Shown here one piece after another: positions 1 to 8,813 of a stretch of DNA of 64,000 nucleotides (position 1 is its first letter; each line of letters starts with the position of its first letter). The translations under genes were made by a program, and so were the position numbers. This stretch comes from Candidatus Latescibacterota bacterium. Lineage in GTDB: Bacteria > Krumholzibacteriota > Krumholzibacteriia > WVZY01. The notes under the pieces were generated by a model. The model searched no databases and was not told the origin of the DNA. It saw only the letters and a program-made list of their open reading frames with translations. The stretch spans positions 5,092-69,091 of the forward strand of contig WVZY01000076.1 in the NCBI GenBank assembly GCA_011772205.1, read 5' to 3'.

Positions 1-837
1 CCCCAAGGCGGAGCCGTCTCTTTTCAGAAAAACGATGTCGTCTTGGATGACTTCGGTTTTTTCTCCATCCCTATGGTTCAAACCCAGCTGATGGCATGAC
101 CAGGTCGACTTCCCTGTGGCGGAGAGGCCGAAAATGAGAACACCATAGCGCTTCAGTTTACCGTCCTTCGAATCGCGAGCGGTGACGATCTTCGTCCCCG
201 CGTGGAGTCCCAGCATTCCCTGCTTATCCGCTGAGTACATGGCCTGTCTCAAAAAGCCTTTCTTGTCCTCTCCCATGTAATCCGTACCCAGCGCAATGTT
301 GAGATTGTACTCGGGAATTGTGAGCACCTGCTGCCTGATGTGGTGCTCATCGGGAATATGAAACATGATGAACTCGGGCCCCGGCTTCCTTTTGTTCGGT
401 TCGCGCAACGTATGTCCCCACATGTAGGCGAGGCGGATATTCTTTGGGTCTGCCACGGAAATGTACAGGTTGCAGATCGGATTGAATTCATTGTTGTCTC
501 CCATTTGGCGTCGGATGTGAACTAATGGGAGGGTGCGAATCATATGGAGGACGTTGTGAAGTTCTTCAGGTGCCTTTTCAATAATCTCTCTTTGTAGGTC
601 AGTGACGCTCGGTAAGCGGACCGGTTCACTGCCCAGGTAAACCGTCCTCGGAGCTACGCGGCTCGATACAGCCGAACGCCATGCGAAAGACCCGAACCGT
701 GTGGGAGTTGCCGTCCGAATCGCGCGTTCCTTTAGTTCCTTGAGTTTTGCGTGCTCGATATTGCGCCCATTCAGGAAGGGCTGCAGGTTATCATAAAACC
801 TGTTATAAACCGATTCGTCATAGATGTCTTGGCTCAT
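1..837 (-). CDS. Phosphoenolpyruvate carboxykinase (ATP)-like protein, N-terminal part; the gene runs off the window start
   Basis: Reverse-strand ORF with ATG at 837..835 (MSQDIYDESVYN...) and no stop before position 1. Contains a PEPCK-like P-loop region (VLIFGLSATGKST) and ...IQDDIVFLKRDG. Resembles ATP-PEPCK family order of motifs. Confidence 0.55.
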   Translation of the reverse strand, partial: MSQDIYDESVYNRFYDNLQPFLNGRNIEHAKLKELKERAIRTATPTRFGSFAWRSAVSSRVAPRTVYLGSEPVRLPSVTDLQREIIEKAPEELHNVLHMIRTLPLVHIRRQMGDNNEFNPICNLYISVADPKNIRLAYMWGHTLREPNKRKPGPEFIMFHIPDEHHIRQQVLTIPEYNLNIALGTDYMGEDKKGFLRQAMYSADKQGMLGLHAGTKIVTARDSKDGKLKRYGVLIFGLSATGKSTWSCHQLGLNHRDGEKTEVIQDDIVFLKRDGSALG

Positions 838-1227
838 GGTTTCTGGATTCACCTCACGTCGTGCAGCCTATTCTCTGCTGGATCGTTCGATTATCAAATT
901 ATTTTAGTCCAGAAGCGGGGGCGAAGCAATCGGTTTCGAGGCACAGGGATTGGATATTCTGAGACACGGAGCCGATGAAGGTATGGCTGGAGAGCAGTGG
1001 CGCGGGCCATGGATAGGTCGGGGAAGAGCAATCACGAACAGCTCCGAATTCGATTGCATTTCCAAGACTTCCGGGATAAACTTGTTTTTTTGATTTCCCT
1101 TCAGCGGGCTTCAATCCGAGAAAGGCAACTTACATTCGAACCGGCGGCTCCTCGGCATGGCGTGTTCCGGGGCGGAAATCGGCCGAGCGGTCGGACATGC
1201 ATATCTAATACACAAGGAGGCGTGGAA

Positions 1228-2700
1228 ATGGTGGGTTGGTTGATCTGGCTGATAATCGGCGTAGCGGTCTTGGGCCTGTTCCTGCTGGCCATGTGGAAAC
1301 AGTACCGCAAAGTAGGTCCAAACGAAGTCCTGATCATCTCCGGAGGTCGACGTCATACCGTTGTCGATCCAGACGGCACGAAACGCAAGATCGGTTACCG
1401 GATGCAAATTGGCGGTGGTACGTTCGTGCTACCCTTTATAGAGAGCTGTCAGGTGCTGTCGCTCGAAATTTTCACTGTGGGCTTCAAGACTCCCGAAGTC
1501 CTCACGACCACAGGCGTTCCGGTAATCACAGAAGGCCTTGCACAGATCAAGATCAAGGGAGACGAATACTCTATCCGCCTTGCTTCCGAGCAATTTCTCG
1601 GCAAGGATCCGGGAGCCATACGGGACATCTCCCAGCAGATCCTCGAAGGCCACATGCGGTCCACAATCGGATCTTTTACAGTGGAAGAGATGTATCAGAA
1701 CCGGGATGGATTCGCCCTGAAAGTGAGAGAAGCCGCAACGAAAGATTTCGATCGAATGGGACTCCAGCTCATATCGTTCTCGCTCAAAGATCTCACTGAT
1801 ACCCAGGGGTATCTCGAAGCTCTGGGCCGCCCGCGCATCGCAGAGGTCAAGAGAGATGCTGCCGTCGCACAGGCCGAAACGGACAAGGATGCCACGATCA
1901 AAGCGGCAATCGCACGGAAAGAAGGGGACATCGCGAAATTTCAGGCCGATACCGAGATCGCTCAGGCCCACAGGGATTTCGAGTCCAAACGAGCCGAATT
2001 CCAGGCTGTAATCAATCAAAAGAAAGCAACTGCAGACCTTGCGTACGATCTCGAAAAGCTGCGAGTGAGCGAGGAACTCAAGGCGCAGGAATACCAGGTC
2101 AGGCTCATTGAAAAAGAAAAGTCCATCGAAATAGAACAGAAGGAAATCGCGCGTAGAGAACTCGAGCTCGAATCGACCGTCAAGAAAGAAGCCGACGCCA
2201 GGAAGTATCAGGCACAATCAGAGGCGGAAGCGGAAAGCTATCGTGTCGAGGCCGAGGCAAAGGCGAAAGCGGAAGCAATGAAGGTGGAAGGCGCTGCTGA
2301 AGTGGAAGTGATGAGGGCCAAAGGAGCAGCGCAGTCGGTGGGCATGAAGCAAAAAGCGGAGGCATGGCGGGAATACAACGAGGCGGCTGTTTATCAGATG
2401 TTTATCGATGTTCTCCCACAGCTCGCCAAGAATGTCTCCGAACCTCTTTCCAAGGTGGAAAAGATCGTGCTCATCGGCGACGGCAAAGGAGCGGGAGCTT
2501 CGAGAATCACGAATGAGGTGGCAAGCGTGCTCGCGCAGATGCCGGAGGTTCTGGAATCATTGACGGGCGTCGATATCAAGAAGCTGTTGCAGAACCTCCC
2601 CGAGATTGCAAAAAGGCAAAAAGCGGAGACCGATGTAGCCACTCCGCCTCCTGATAATCCTTCCAAGGGTCAGCCGAAGGCTCCTGGGAAAAAGGCGTAA
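1228..2700 (+). CDS. Flotillin-like SPFH/band-7 membrane protein
   Basis: RBS AAGGAGG at 1214-1220 precedes ATG 1228. N-terminal TM helix (MVGWLIWLIIGVAVLGLFLLAMW), an SPFH core, a long EA-rich coiled coil (KAEAEAESYRVEAEAKAKAEAMKVEGAAE) and a C-terminal flotillin-type tail. Confidence 0.85.
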   Translation: MVGWLIWLIIGVAVLGLFLLAMWKQYRKVGPNEVLIISGGRRHTVVDPDGTKRKIGYRMQIGGGTFVLPFIESCQVLSLEIFTVGFKTPEVLTTTGVPVITEGLAQIKIKGDEYSIRLASEQFLGKDPGAIRDISQQILEGHMRSTIGSFTVEEMYQNRDGFALKVREAATKDFDRMGLQLISFSLKDLTDTQGYLEALGRPRIAEVKRDAAVAQAETDKDATIKAAIARKEGDIAKFQADTEIAQAHRDFESKRAEFQAVINQKKATADLAYDLEKLRVSEELKAQEYQVRLIEKEKSIEIEQKEIARRELELESTVKKEADARKYQAQSEAEAESYRVEAEAKAKAEAMKVEGAAEVEVMRAKGAAQSVGMKQKAEAWREYNEAAVYQMFIDVLPQLAKNVSEPLSKVEKIVLIGDGKGAGASRITNEVASVLAQMPEVLESLTGVDIKKLLQNLPEIAKRQKAETDVATPPPDNPSKGQPKAPGKKA

Positions 2701-2721
2701 TGACAAGAAGAGGGGAATGAC

Positions 2722-5175
2722 ATGGCAACCAAAATAGAATCCCAAGAGCCCAGGCCCACCCTTCCGAAATCACCTCCGGAATCCGCTAAGGAACCGGCCC
2801 GTCAGGCAACGGGCACCGTGGCGGAACGGGTCAGCCGCGTGGCAACCTCTCCCACATTGAGAATCACCGGGAAAGCGAAGGCAATGGCTGCCGAAGGTAT
2901 CGATGTAATCGATCTCAGCGTGGGCGAGCCTGATTTTTCTACACCGGATAACATCAAGCTGGCGGGGAAACAGGCGATCGACGATAACTTCACTCACTAC
3001 ACGGCGAACGACGGGATACCGGAACTCAAACGGGCGATCTCGGATCGGCTCAAGGAGGAGCACGGCCTCGAATACGGTCCAGGTGAAATCATCGTCTCGT
3101 CGGGGGCGAAGAACTGCCTCTACAACCTGTCCGTGGCTCTTTTCAACAAAGGGGAGGAAGCCATCATCCCAGCGCCTTACTGGGTGTCATATCCGGCCCA
3201 GGTGGCGTTGGCCAAGGCGATTCCGGTAATCGTTCCGACGAAAGAGGAGAATGGATTTCGGCTCACACCGGATGAGCTGCAATCCGCTTTGACCTTCAAC
3301 ACCAAAGCGTTAATACTCAACAATCCATGCAATCCTACTGGAACCGCATACACCAGGGAAGAGCTCGAGCCGATTGCCGAGATTGCAGCCGATGAAGGCA
3401 TCTTCATCATCGCTGACGAAATTTATGAAAAACTCGTCTATGACGGATTCCGGTTCGCCAGCATTGCCTCGATAAGTCCCAAGGTCAAACAACGCGCGAT
3501 CATCATCCATGGAGTTTCGAAGTCCTACGCAATGACCGGATGGCGGATCGGCTACGCCGCCGGACCGCGGGAAATCATCGCCGCGATGGACAAAGTGCAG
3601 AGCCACAACACGTCGAATGCGTCGTCCATTTCCCAAATGGCCGCGCTCGAAGCCCTCAAAGGGCCTCAGATGGACATATCGATGATGGTATCCGAGTTTC
3701 AGAAACGCCGGAACTTCATGCTTCAGAAACTCGGCTCGATCCCTGGTGTTTCATGCATGGAACCCAAGGGTGCCTTTTACCTTTTTCCGAATATGTCGGC
3801 CTATTACGAAAAGGAATACGAGGGGATGCAGATACGGAACTCGTACGGGCTTGCATACTTCCTCTTGAAAACGGCACGTGTCGCGGTGGTGCCGGGCGAC
3901 GCGTTCGGTGCGGACGATTTTATCCGGCTGTCCTATGCGTCGTCGATGGAGCGGATCGAGGAAGCGATGGATCGGATAGGTGAAGCGATGTCCAAACTCG
4001 AGGTGGCCAAGAAGATCGCCCGCGTCCAGCTGAACAATACGGTAACGAAAGTGAAAGCTTACGCGGAAACCGAGCCGGAACTCAGCTTGGCGTTACGCAA
4101 CGCACTGGTGGCTGAGGTCGAAACCCATATGGGCCACGACAATTATTATGAGTGGAACGCCAACATCAGCGGCATGGTGATACAGCTTCGCACCAACAGC
4201 CCGCATCTGAATGATTTCTGGATGGAAAACTGGTACCCATCACAGCTCGAAGCCGATCTGGAACCCCACGGAATTCTGTACGGGGCAAAAGCCATTCCGG
4301 GGCGCGAACCCAGGGCGTTTTACAATTCCGAATCGCGGACAGGCGTGCTGGTAAACTCCGCCTTCTACGGACAGCTGAGGTCCCTTGCTCTGGGAATGGT
4401 AACAGACGTGGGCGAACGGCTGTTCGATCTGCACGGCATCAACGGAGCGTGTCTCGATTTTAGAGGCATGGGCATCGTGCTGATCGGATCTCCGGGGACC
4501 GGCCGAAAGGGTCTCTTTGCCGCGCTGGCGCGCAGCGATAAGGCGCGCATTCATTCGAACGACTATTTCTTCGTCCGGTACGTTGGCGGAGAGGCGTTCG
4601 CCGACATTTCCGAACGCAAGTTTTATGTGAAAACCAAGGTGGTCGAAGACAATACCGATTGGGTGCCTTTTCTCGACCGCAGCAAGTGCGAGAATGTGGT
4701 AACGCGGAAGGAGGACTGCACACACCCGAACTGCGAGCGGGTGGAGAGGTGCCGTCTCGACCGCGGCGCGACTCATTGTTTTTCGGCCTCGAATATATCT
4801 CGCGCGATGCTGGATCCTTATTGGCTCGGGGGACCGAAGAAGTACGTAAAACGAGCTTCGTTGAAGTACGTCTTCCTCCTGAGGAAGGATCCGCTGGCTG
4901 AGCCGTTAACCAGGACGAGCGCGGAAGAAGCTATTCGGTTTTTGGAGGAAGGGAAGGTGGAAACGGCGATGGGACCGGGTCCGCTTCTTTCGACCTACCG
5001 GAGCCAGCCGTTTTTCAATCCGCATTTGCTGGTAAAAACGCCGGACCGGATCGAGCTGCAAAAGCGTCAATTCGAGAGACTGTTCCTGGCGGCGGAATGC
5101 TTCCTCGTGAACACCGATCGGGTCGCGCGTGCGGAGATCGAGAGGCAGATCCTGGACGTCGTTGGCGTCCGTTAG
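2722..5175 (+). CDS. Fusion protein: class-I aspartate/aromatic aminotransferase (residues ~1-430) joined to a ~390 aa C-terminal P-loop kinase-fold domain (HprK/PEPCK-like, tentative)
   Basis: Single uninterrupted 817-codon frame. N-terminal half carries aminotransferase fold I motifs (VIDLSVGEPDF, NNPCNPTG, SKSYAMTGWRIGY with the PLP lysine). C-terminal half has HGINGACLDFRGMGIVLIGSPGTGRKGLFAALARSDKARIHSNDYF, resembling the HprK/P-loop arrangement (HG...G.GxLxxGxSGxGKS...LVADD). Confidence 0.7.
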   Translation: MATKIESQEPRPTLPKSPPESAKEPARQATGTVAERVSRVATSPTLRITGKAKAMAAEGIDVIDLSVGEPDFSTPDNIKLAGKQAIDDNFTHYTANDGIPELKRAISDRLKEEHGLEYGPGEIIVSSGAKNCLYNLSVALFNKGEEAIIPAPYWVSYPAQVALAKAIPVIVPTKEENGFRLTPDELQSALTFNTKALILNNPCNPTGTAYTREELEPIAEIAADEGIFIIADEIYEKLVYDGFRFASIASISPKVKQRAIIIHGVSKSYAMTGWRIGYAAGPREIIAAMDKVQSHNTSNASSISQMAALEALKGPQMDISMMVSEFQKRRNFMLQKLGSIPGVSCMEPKGAFYLFPNMSAYYEKEYEGMQIRNSYGLAYFLLKTARVAVVPGDAFGADDFIRLSYASSMERIEEAMDRIGEAMSKLEVAKKIARVQLNNTVTKVKAYAETEPELSLALRNALVAEVETHMGHDNYYEWNANISGMVIQLRTNSPHLNDFWMENWYPSQLEADLEPHGILYGAKAIPGREPRAFYNSESRTGVLVNSAFYGQLRSLALGMVTDVGERLFDLHGINGACLDFRGMGIVLIGSPGTGRKGLFAALARSDKARIHSNDYFFVRYVGGEAFADISERKFYVKTKVVEDNTDWVPFLDRSKCENVVTRKEDCTHPNCERVERCRLDRGATHCFSASNISRAMLDPYWLGGPKKYVKRASLKYVFLLRKDPLAEPLTRTSAEEAIRFLEEGKVETAMGPGPLLSTYRSQPFFNPHLLVKTPDRIELQKRQFERLFLAAECFLVNTDRVARAEIERQILDVVGVR

Positions 5176-5565
5176 TAGTTTTTTCCTGTTTGTTATTGAA
5201 GGACCGGGTGTGGGGCACTCGCCTCCGGCCGGTCCTTTACATTAAGTCACAAGGGGGAGGACAGCATGATGGGACGACGAGACTTTGCGAGGATGTGCGT
5301 TGGGAGGCTCTGCGGGGGTGACGAATCGTTACGCGGAGCGAGCGAGGATCCTCCGCCGGAGGCGGATAGCCGAAGCGGGAGCGTGGTGAGGAAGCCCGCA
5401 GAGCCTCCCGCAAAGAGTCTCACCAGCCGGATGCGGATAACCGAGCGAAGTGGGCGCATGTGAAGAACTCCCACGGAGCCTCCTTACCCACCTCTACTCG
5501 ATGGATGCCACCCTCGTTACGCAGCACTCCCACCATCATGATCCATCGCTAGCAAATAATATTCT

Positions 5566-7932
5566 CTACGCCGCGAGTTTCTTCCTGAGAATCAAGATAC
5601 CGGTTATCAACGTCAGCAGCACCAGCACCACCAGACCCCAGCTGCTCAAGGCAGGCACATCGGCGGGAGTGTATTGTATCTCGAAATCAGCCTCACTCGT
5701 ATCCGCTGCACAGTTGTTGTCTGGGTCATAAGCGACCACCATGATCCTCGAGTAGATCGAAGGCGGGCCGGTGACCGGCCAGAGATAACTTCCGTCGTTT
5801 GGCTCCGCAGTGGTGAGTGTTTCCGGATAAGATGCTCCACCGTCACGAGAAAGCAAAATATCGATCAAACACGTGCCCGAGTTATCCGAAGCGGTCCACT
5901 GAACGTCTTCGTCGTCTCCGATTAGCCAAAGTTCGGCTCCAGTCGTGGGTCTGTCCAGGCTTATGATCGGTGGATCGGTATCAGGTAATGCGCCCATGGC
6001 CAGCCAATCAACCGCTCGTTGCATCAGAAGATCACGGTCAGCCGAAGTGTTTATGGCTTCGAAGCCAAAGGCGAGATAGACGATTCGATGCGGTGATTCG
6101 CATTTGATGCCGCCTGCGGAACCCGAGACATACTCGAACACTTCCGTGGCTCCAATCCGTGCATTGATCTCGCTCGGCCAATCCTGGTTGTTCGACCCAT
6201 CCCCTCCGCCGATGTCGAAGCTCATGCCGTTTCCCACGGGGTCCCCGGAGACACCGGTGAGTGAGCGGTATCCGGAGTCATCGAGGATGTAGTCGGCATG
6301 AAGATAGTTATTATAGAAAACAACGTCGCCGGGAGTGTGGCCCGAATAATCGTTTAGGTACCAGCCAATGTCCTGGCCCGTAAACAGCGCGCGGCCCCCG
6401 CCGTCGAGGTAGCTCGATATAGCAGCCTGGTTGGTGGAGACGATGCGCCCGGCAGTACCGGTTTCCCAGATGACGATGAAATAGGGAGCTAAATCGGAAG
6501 AGCTGGGGCTGCCTCTGTCTTTCTCGTTCCAGACATCGTAGAGGTACTGGTTGTTATCGAGCGCCTGCATGAAATAGCTCTCGTATGTCGCACCATCGTC
6601 GTCATCCACCAGGAGAATCGGCATATCTCCTATCTTCACATAGAACGTATCCATCCGGGAACATCCGCCGTCGGCACTGATGTTCAGAGTGAACTCGATT
6701 AGATCGCCGACGGTGAGCAACCGATTGAATGACATCTGATATGGCGTATGAGAATCGCCTTCCTCTCCAGCGTCCAGGTCGGGATAGGTGGAAGTGTCGC
6801 TGCTGATTTCCACCCAAGGATGTGAGCAGCCGATTGTTGCCGATATGCCTGTTTTGAGGTTTGCGAGTATTTCGTTTTTCAATGTGACGGTTAGATTTAC
6901 GGATTCGCCGGCATCGACGCGTCCGTCACCATCTCCGCTGCTGTCGTCTACGGTCTGGTCCTCGTATGCGATATCCGTTGCCTCGAAATAATAAACTGCC
7001 TGTGTTGCATAACCAATGTTGCACGAACCGTACTTGATCCAGAAATAACCATCCATGCCCCAATCCGTCCCCCAGCTGTTCTTAACGAGCCATGCTCCTT
7101 CTCCATCGCATAGGTTATCGTTCCAGCCGATAATGACAACAGCGTGGTTAATGGGATCATCTCCCTCGTGCTCGTAACAGCCTTCAGTGTAGTAGCGGAA
7201 ATCATCGTACACATGAAATGTGGTCGCAACAGGGCCATGGTTCATCACCTTTTCCTTGATTGCTTCCACAATATTGGGGATATCTTCCCAACCATTTGTC
7301 GCAGCGTATTTCTCGCATGTTTCTTCGGTGCAGGGCTCAGTATCAGTCGCCACATACGGCATGCAGCTCTCCAGCGCGGCTCCGTATTGTTTGAAATGGT
7401 TCCATGCGGTACTCATCCATCCGCCGCTGCATCCGTAACCGAACGTCGCGCATCAAAGCACCTGTTGCTCGGAAAGATCGTATTCGAATCCACTGTTTAT
7501 GAGGACCATCGATTCCAAAGCACCCACTGCGGCGAAATCCCAGCAGCTGCCGCAGCCGTCTTGGTCCTTGACCGGTGTTACGCCGGCATAGTCGCGCCAA
7601 TCGAAACTGGACGGGAATTGCAGGTTTCGCATGTTGTAGGCTGATGTGATTTTCTCGAAACGATCCACTGCCTCCGGTGGGATTCGCAAACCGAGAAGTC
7701 GTTGGAACTGCTCGGACGAAAGCTCGGAGACAGATGTTCTGCCGGCCGTCCACTGGTAGCCTTTTTCTGCAATTCGCTGTTGCACTTGTGACAGCGTCTC
7801 GAATGGCTGATCGATAGTGATTTGTGTGTTGCCCTTCTGCTTGGTTTCTACGGAGCCAGCATTTTCAGATAAGCCGGATACGGGGATCAGAGAAAGTGCC
7901 AGAATGGATGCAATGACGGCAGCGGTTTTCAT
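5566..7932 (-). CDS. Secreted papain-family (C1) cysteine peptidase with C-terminal beta-sandwich repeats and a C-terminal TM/basic anchor; interrupted by one in-frame TGA at 7452..7450 (pseudogene, sequencing error or recoding)
   Basis: N-terminal piece (7932..7453) has a signal peptide, propeptide and the catalytic Cys motif [17 protein letters not shown]. It ends ...LSEQQVL followed by TGA. The same frame then continues ...[20 protein letters not shown]... with catalytic His (NHAVVIIGW) and NSWG. C-terminus is ...[27 protein letters not shown]. Confidence 0.65.
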
Positions 7933-8221
7933 GTTCCGCCTCCTGTTCGAGCCACGTGCTTGAGATACTTTATGTTATGCGTCGTTGAACTCCCTGCGAG
8001 CATTTAGGACACTTGAAGTCCTTATTATACAATAAATTAGTCGTTTCGTCAATCACGTAGTCGTGATTGTTTCTTCATGAATGCATTGATGGTGTGAGAC
8101 CGACTCCAGCGGAGGATCAAGGAAAAAGCAAAATCGAGCCTTGTGTCATTTGCAGCAGTCGGCTCTCTGTTTGACGATAGCAGATTTTTATGGTAAAATT
8201 ACTAACGATTCATCAGGCGAG

Positions 8222-8605
8222 GTGACTGTGGAGAAAGGAAGTAAGCAACTCACTGTTGTTGTAGCATTACTGCTGATCGCAACTCTTCCTAATGCTGCCT
8301 TATCCGTGACGTTCCAGATCGAGGCAGAGAATTACGTAGACTCTCTTGACCTTGCTTTCGAGTTGATTCGCCCCGTAGATGGGGGAACCGGTTGCAGCGG
8401 TGGTTACTATCTTGCTGGACTCGATGCGCCGGGTGAGTGGACACTGTATGATCTCAATGTCAGCGCCTCTGGGGTCTACGCCGTCAAAATGAAAATTAGA
8501 GGAGATGAAGGTATTAGCTATCAGTTCCAGTTGATTTTCACAGGCAACGAATCAGGAGAGACTCAAACAATTACCTGCACATTTGTGGCCCCGCGACCTA
8601 CTTGA
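8222..8605 (+). CDS. Small secreted carbohydrate-binding-module-like (CBM6/35-like) protein; start uncertain, possibly a decayed or frameshifted gene
   Basis: Signal-peptide-like LTVVVALLLIATLPNAALS, then FQIEAENY...GGYYLAG...GEWTLYDLNVSASGVYAVKMKIRGDEG resembling CBM6 motifs. A protein-like continuation (SSYTVKLLYIYGSWIHIDNFTF...) exists in another frame to ~8780. Confidence 0.35.
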   Translation: MTVEKGSKQLTVVVALLLIATLPNAALSVTFQIEAENYVDSLDLAFELIRPVDGGTGCSGGYYLAGLDAPGEWTLYDLNVSASGVYAVKMKIRGDEGISYQFQLIFTGNESGETQTITCTFVAPRPT

Positions 8606-8813
8606 GCTGCCCAGTGGTATTATCCCGCCGGGAGCGGTTCCTTCAGATTAACCGAGTCCTCATACACCGTCAAGTTGCTTTACATTTACGGGAGCTGGAT
8701 TCATATCGATAACTTCACGTTCATGTCCATGGTGCCGACTCGCGATCACTCCTGGGGGATGATCAAGAGCATTTACCGACAATAGCAATTGTTGCAGCAA
8801 AACGTGGTGATTG

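Noticed and set aside
1429-2217. 262-aa minus-strand ORF inside the flotillin gene. Similar long antisense or overlapping ORFs occur at 9543-10622, 17494-18432, 34017-34928, 35007-36191, 53577-55142 (521 aa), 59589-60620 and 62064-63104.
   Set aside because: These are shadow ORFs typical of GC-rich DNA. Each lies entirely within a strongly supported gene on the other strand, has no RBS, and has low-complexity or Arg/Pro-rich composition.
7450-7452. TGA in the C1 peptidase as a selenocysteine codon.
   Set aside because: The position aligns with a non-Cys residue (Asp/Thr/Ser) of papain-family enzymes, and no hairpin resembling the hdrA SECIS follows. Pseudogene or sequencing error is more parsimonious.
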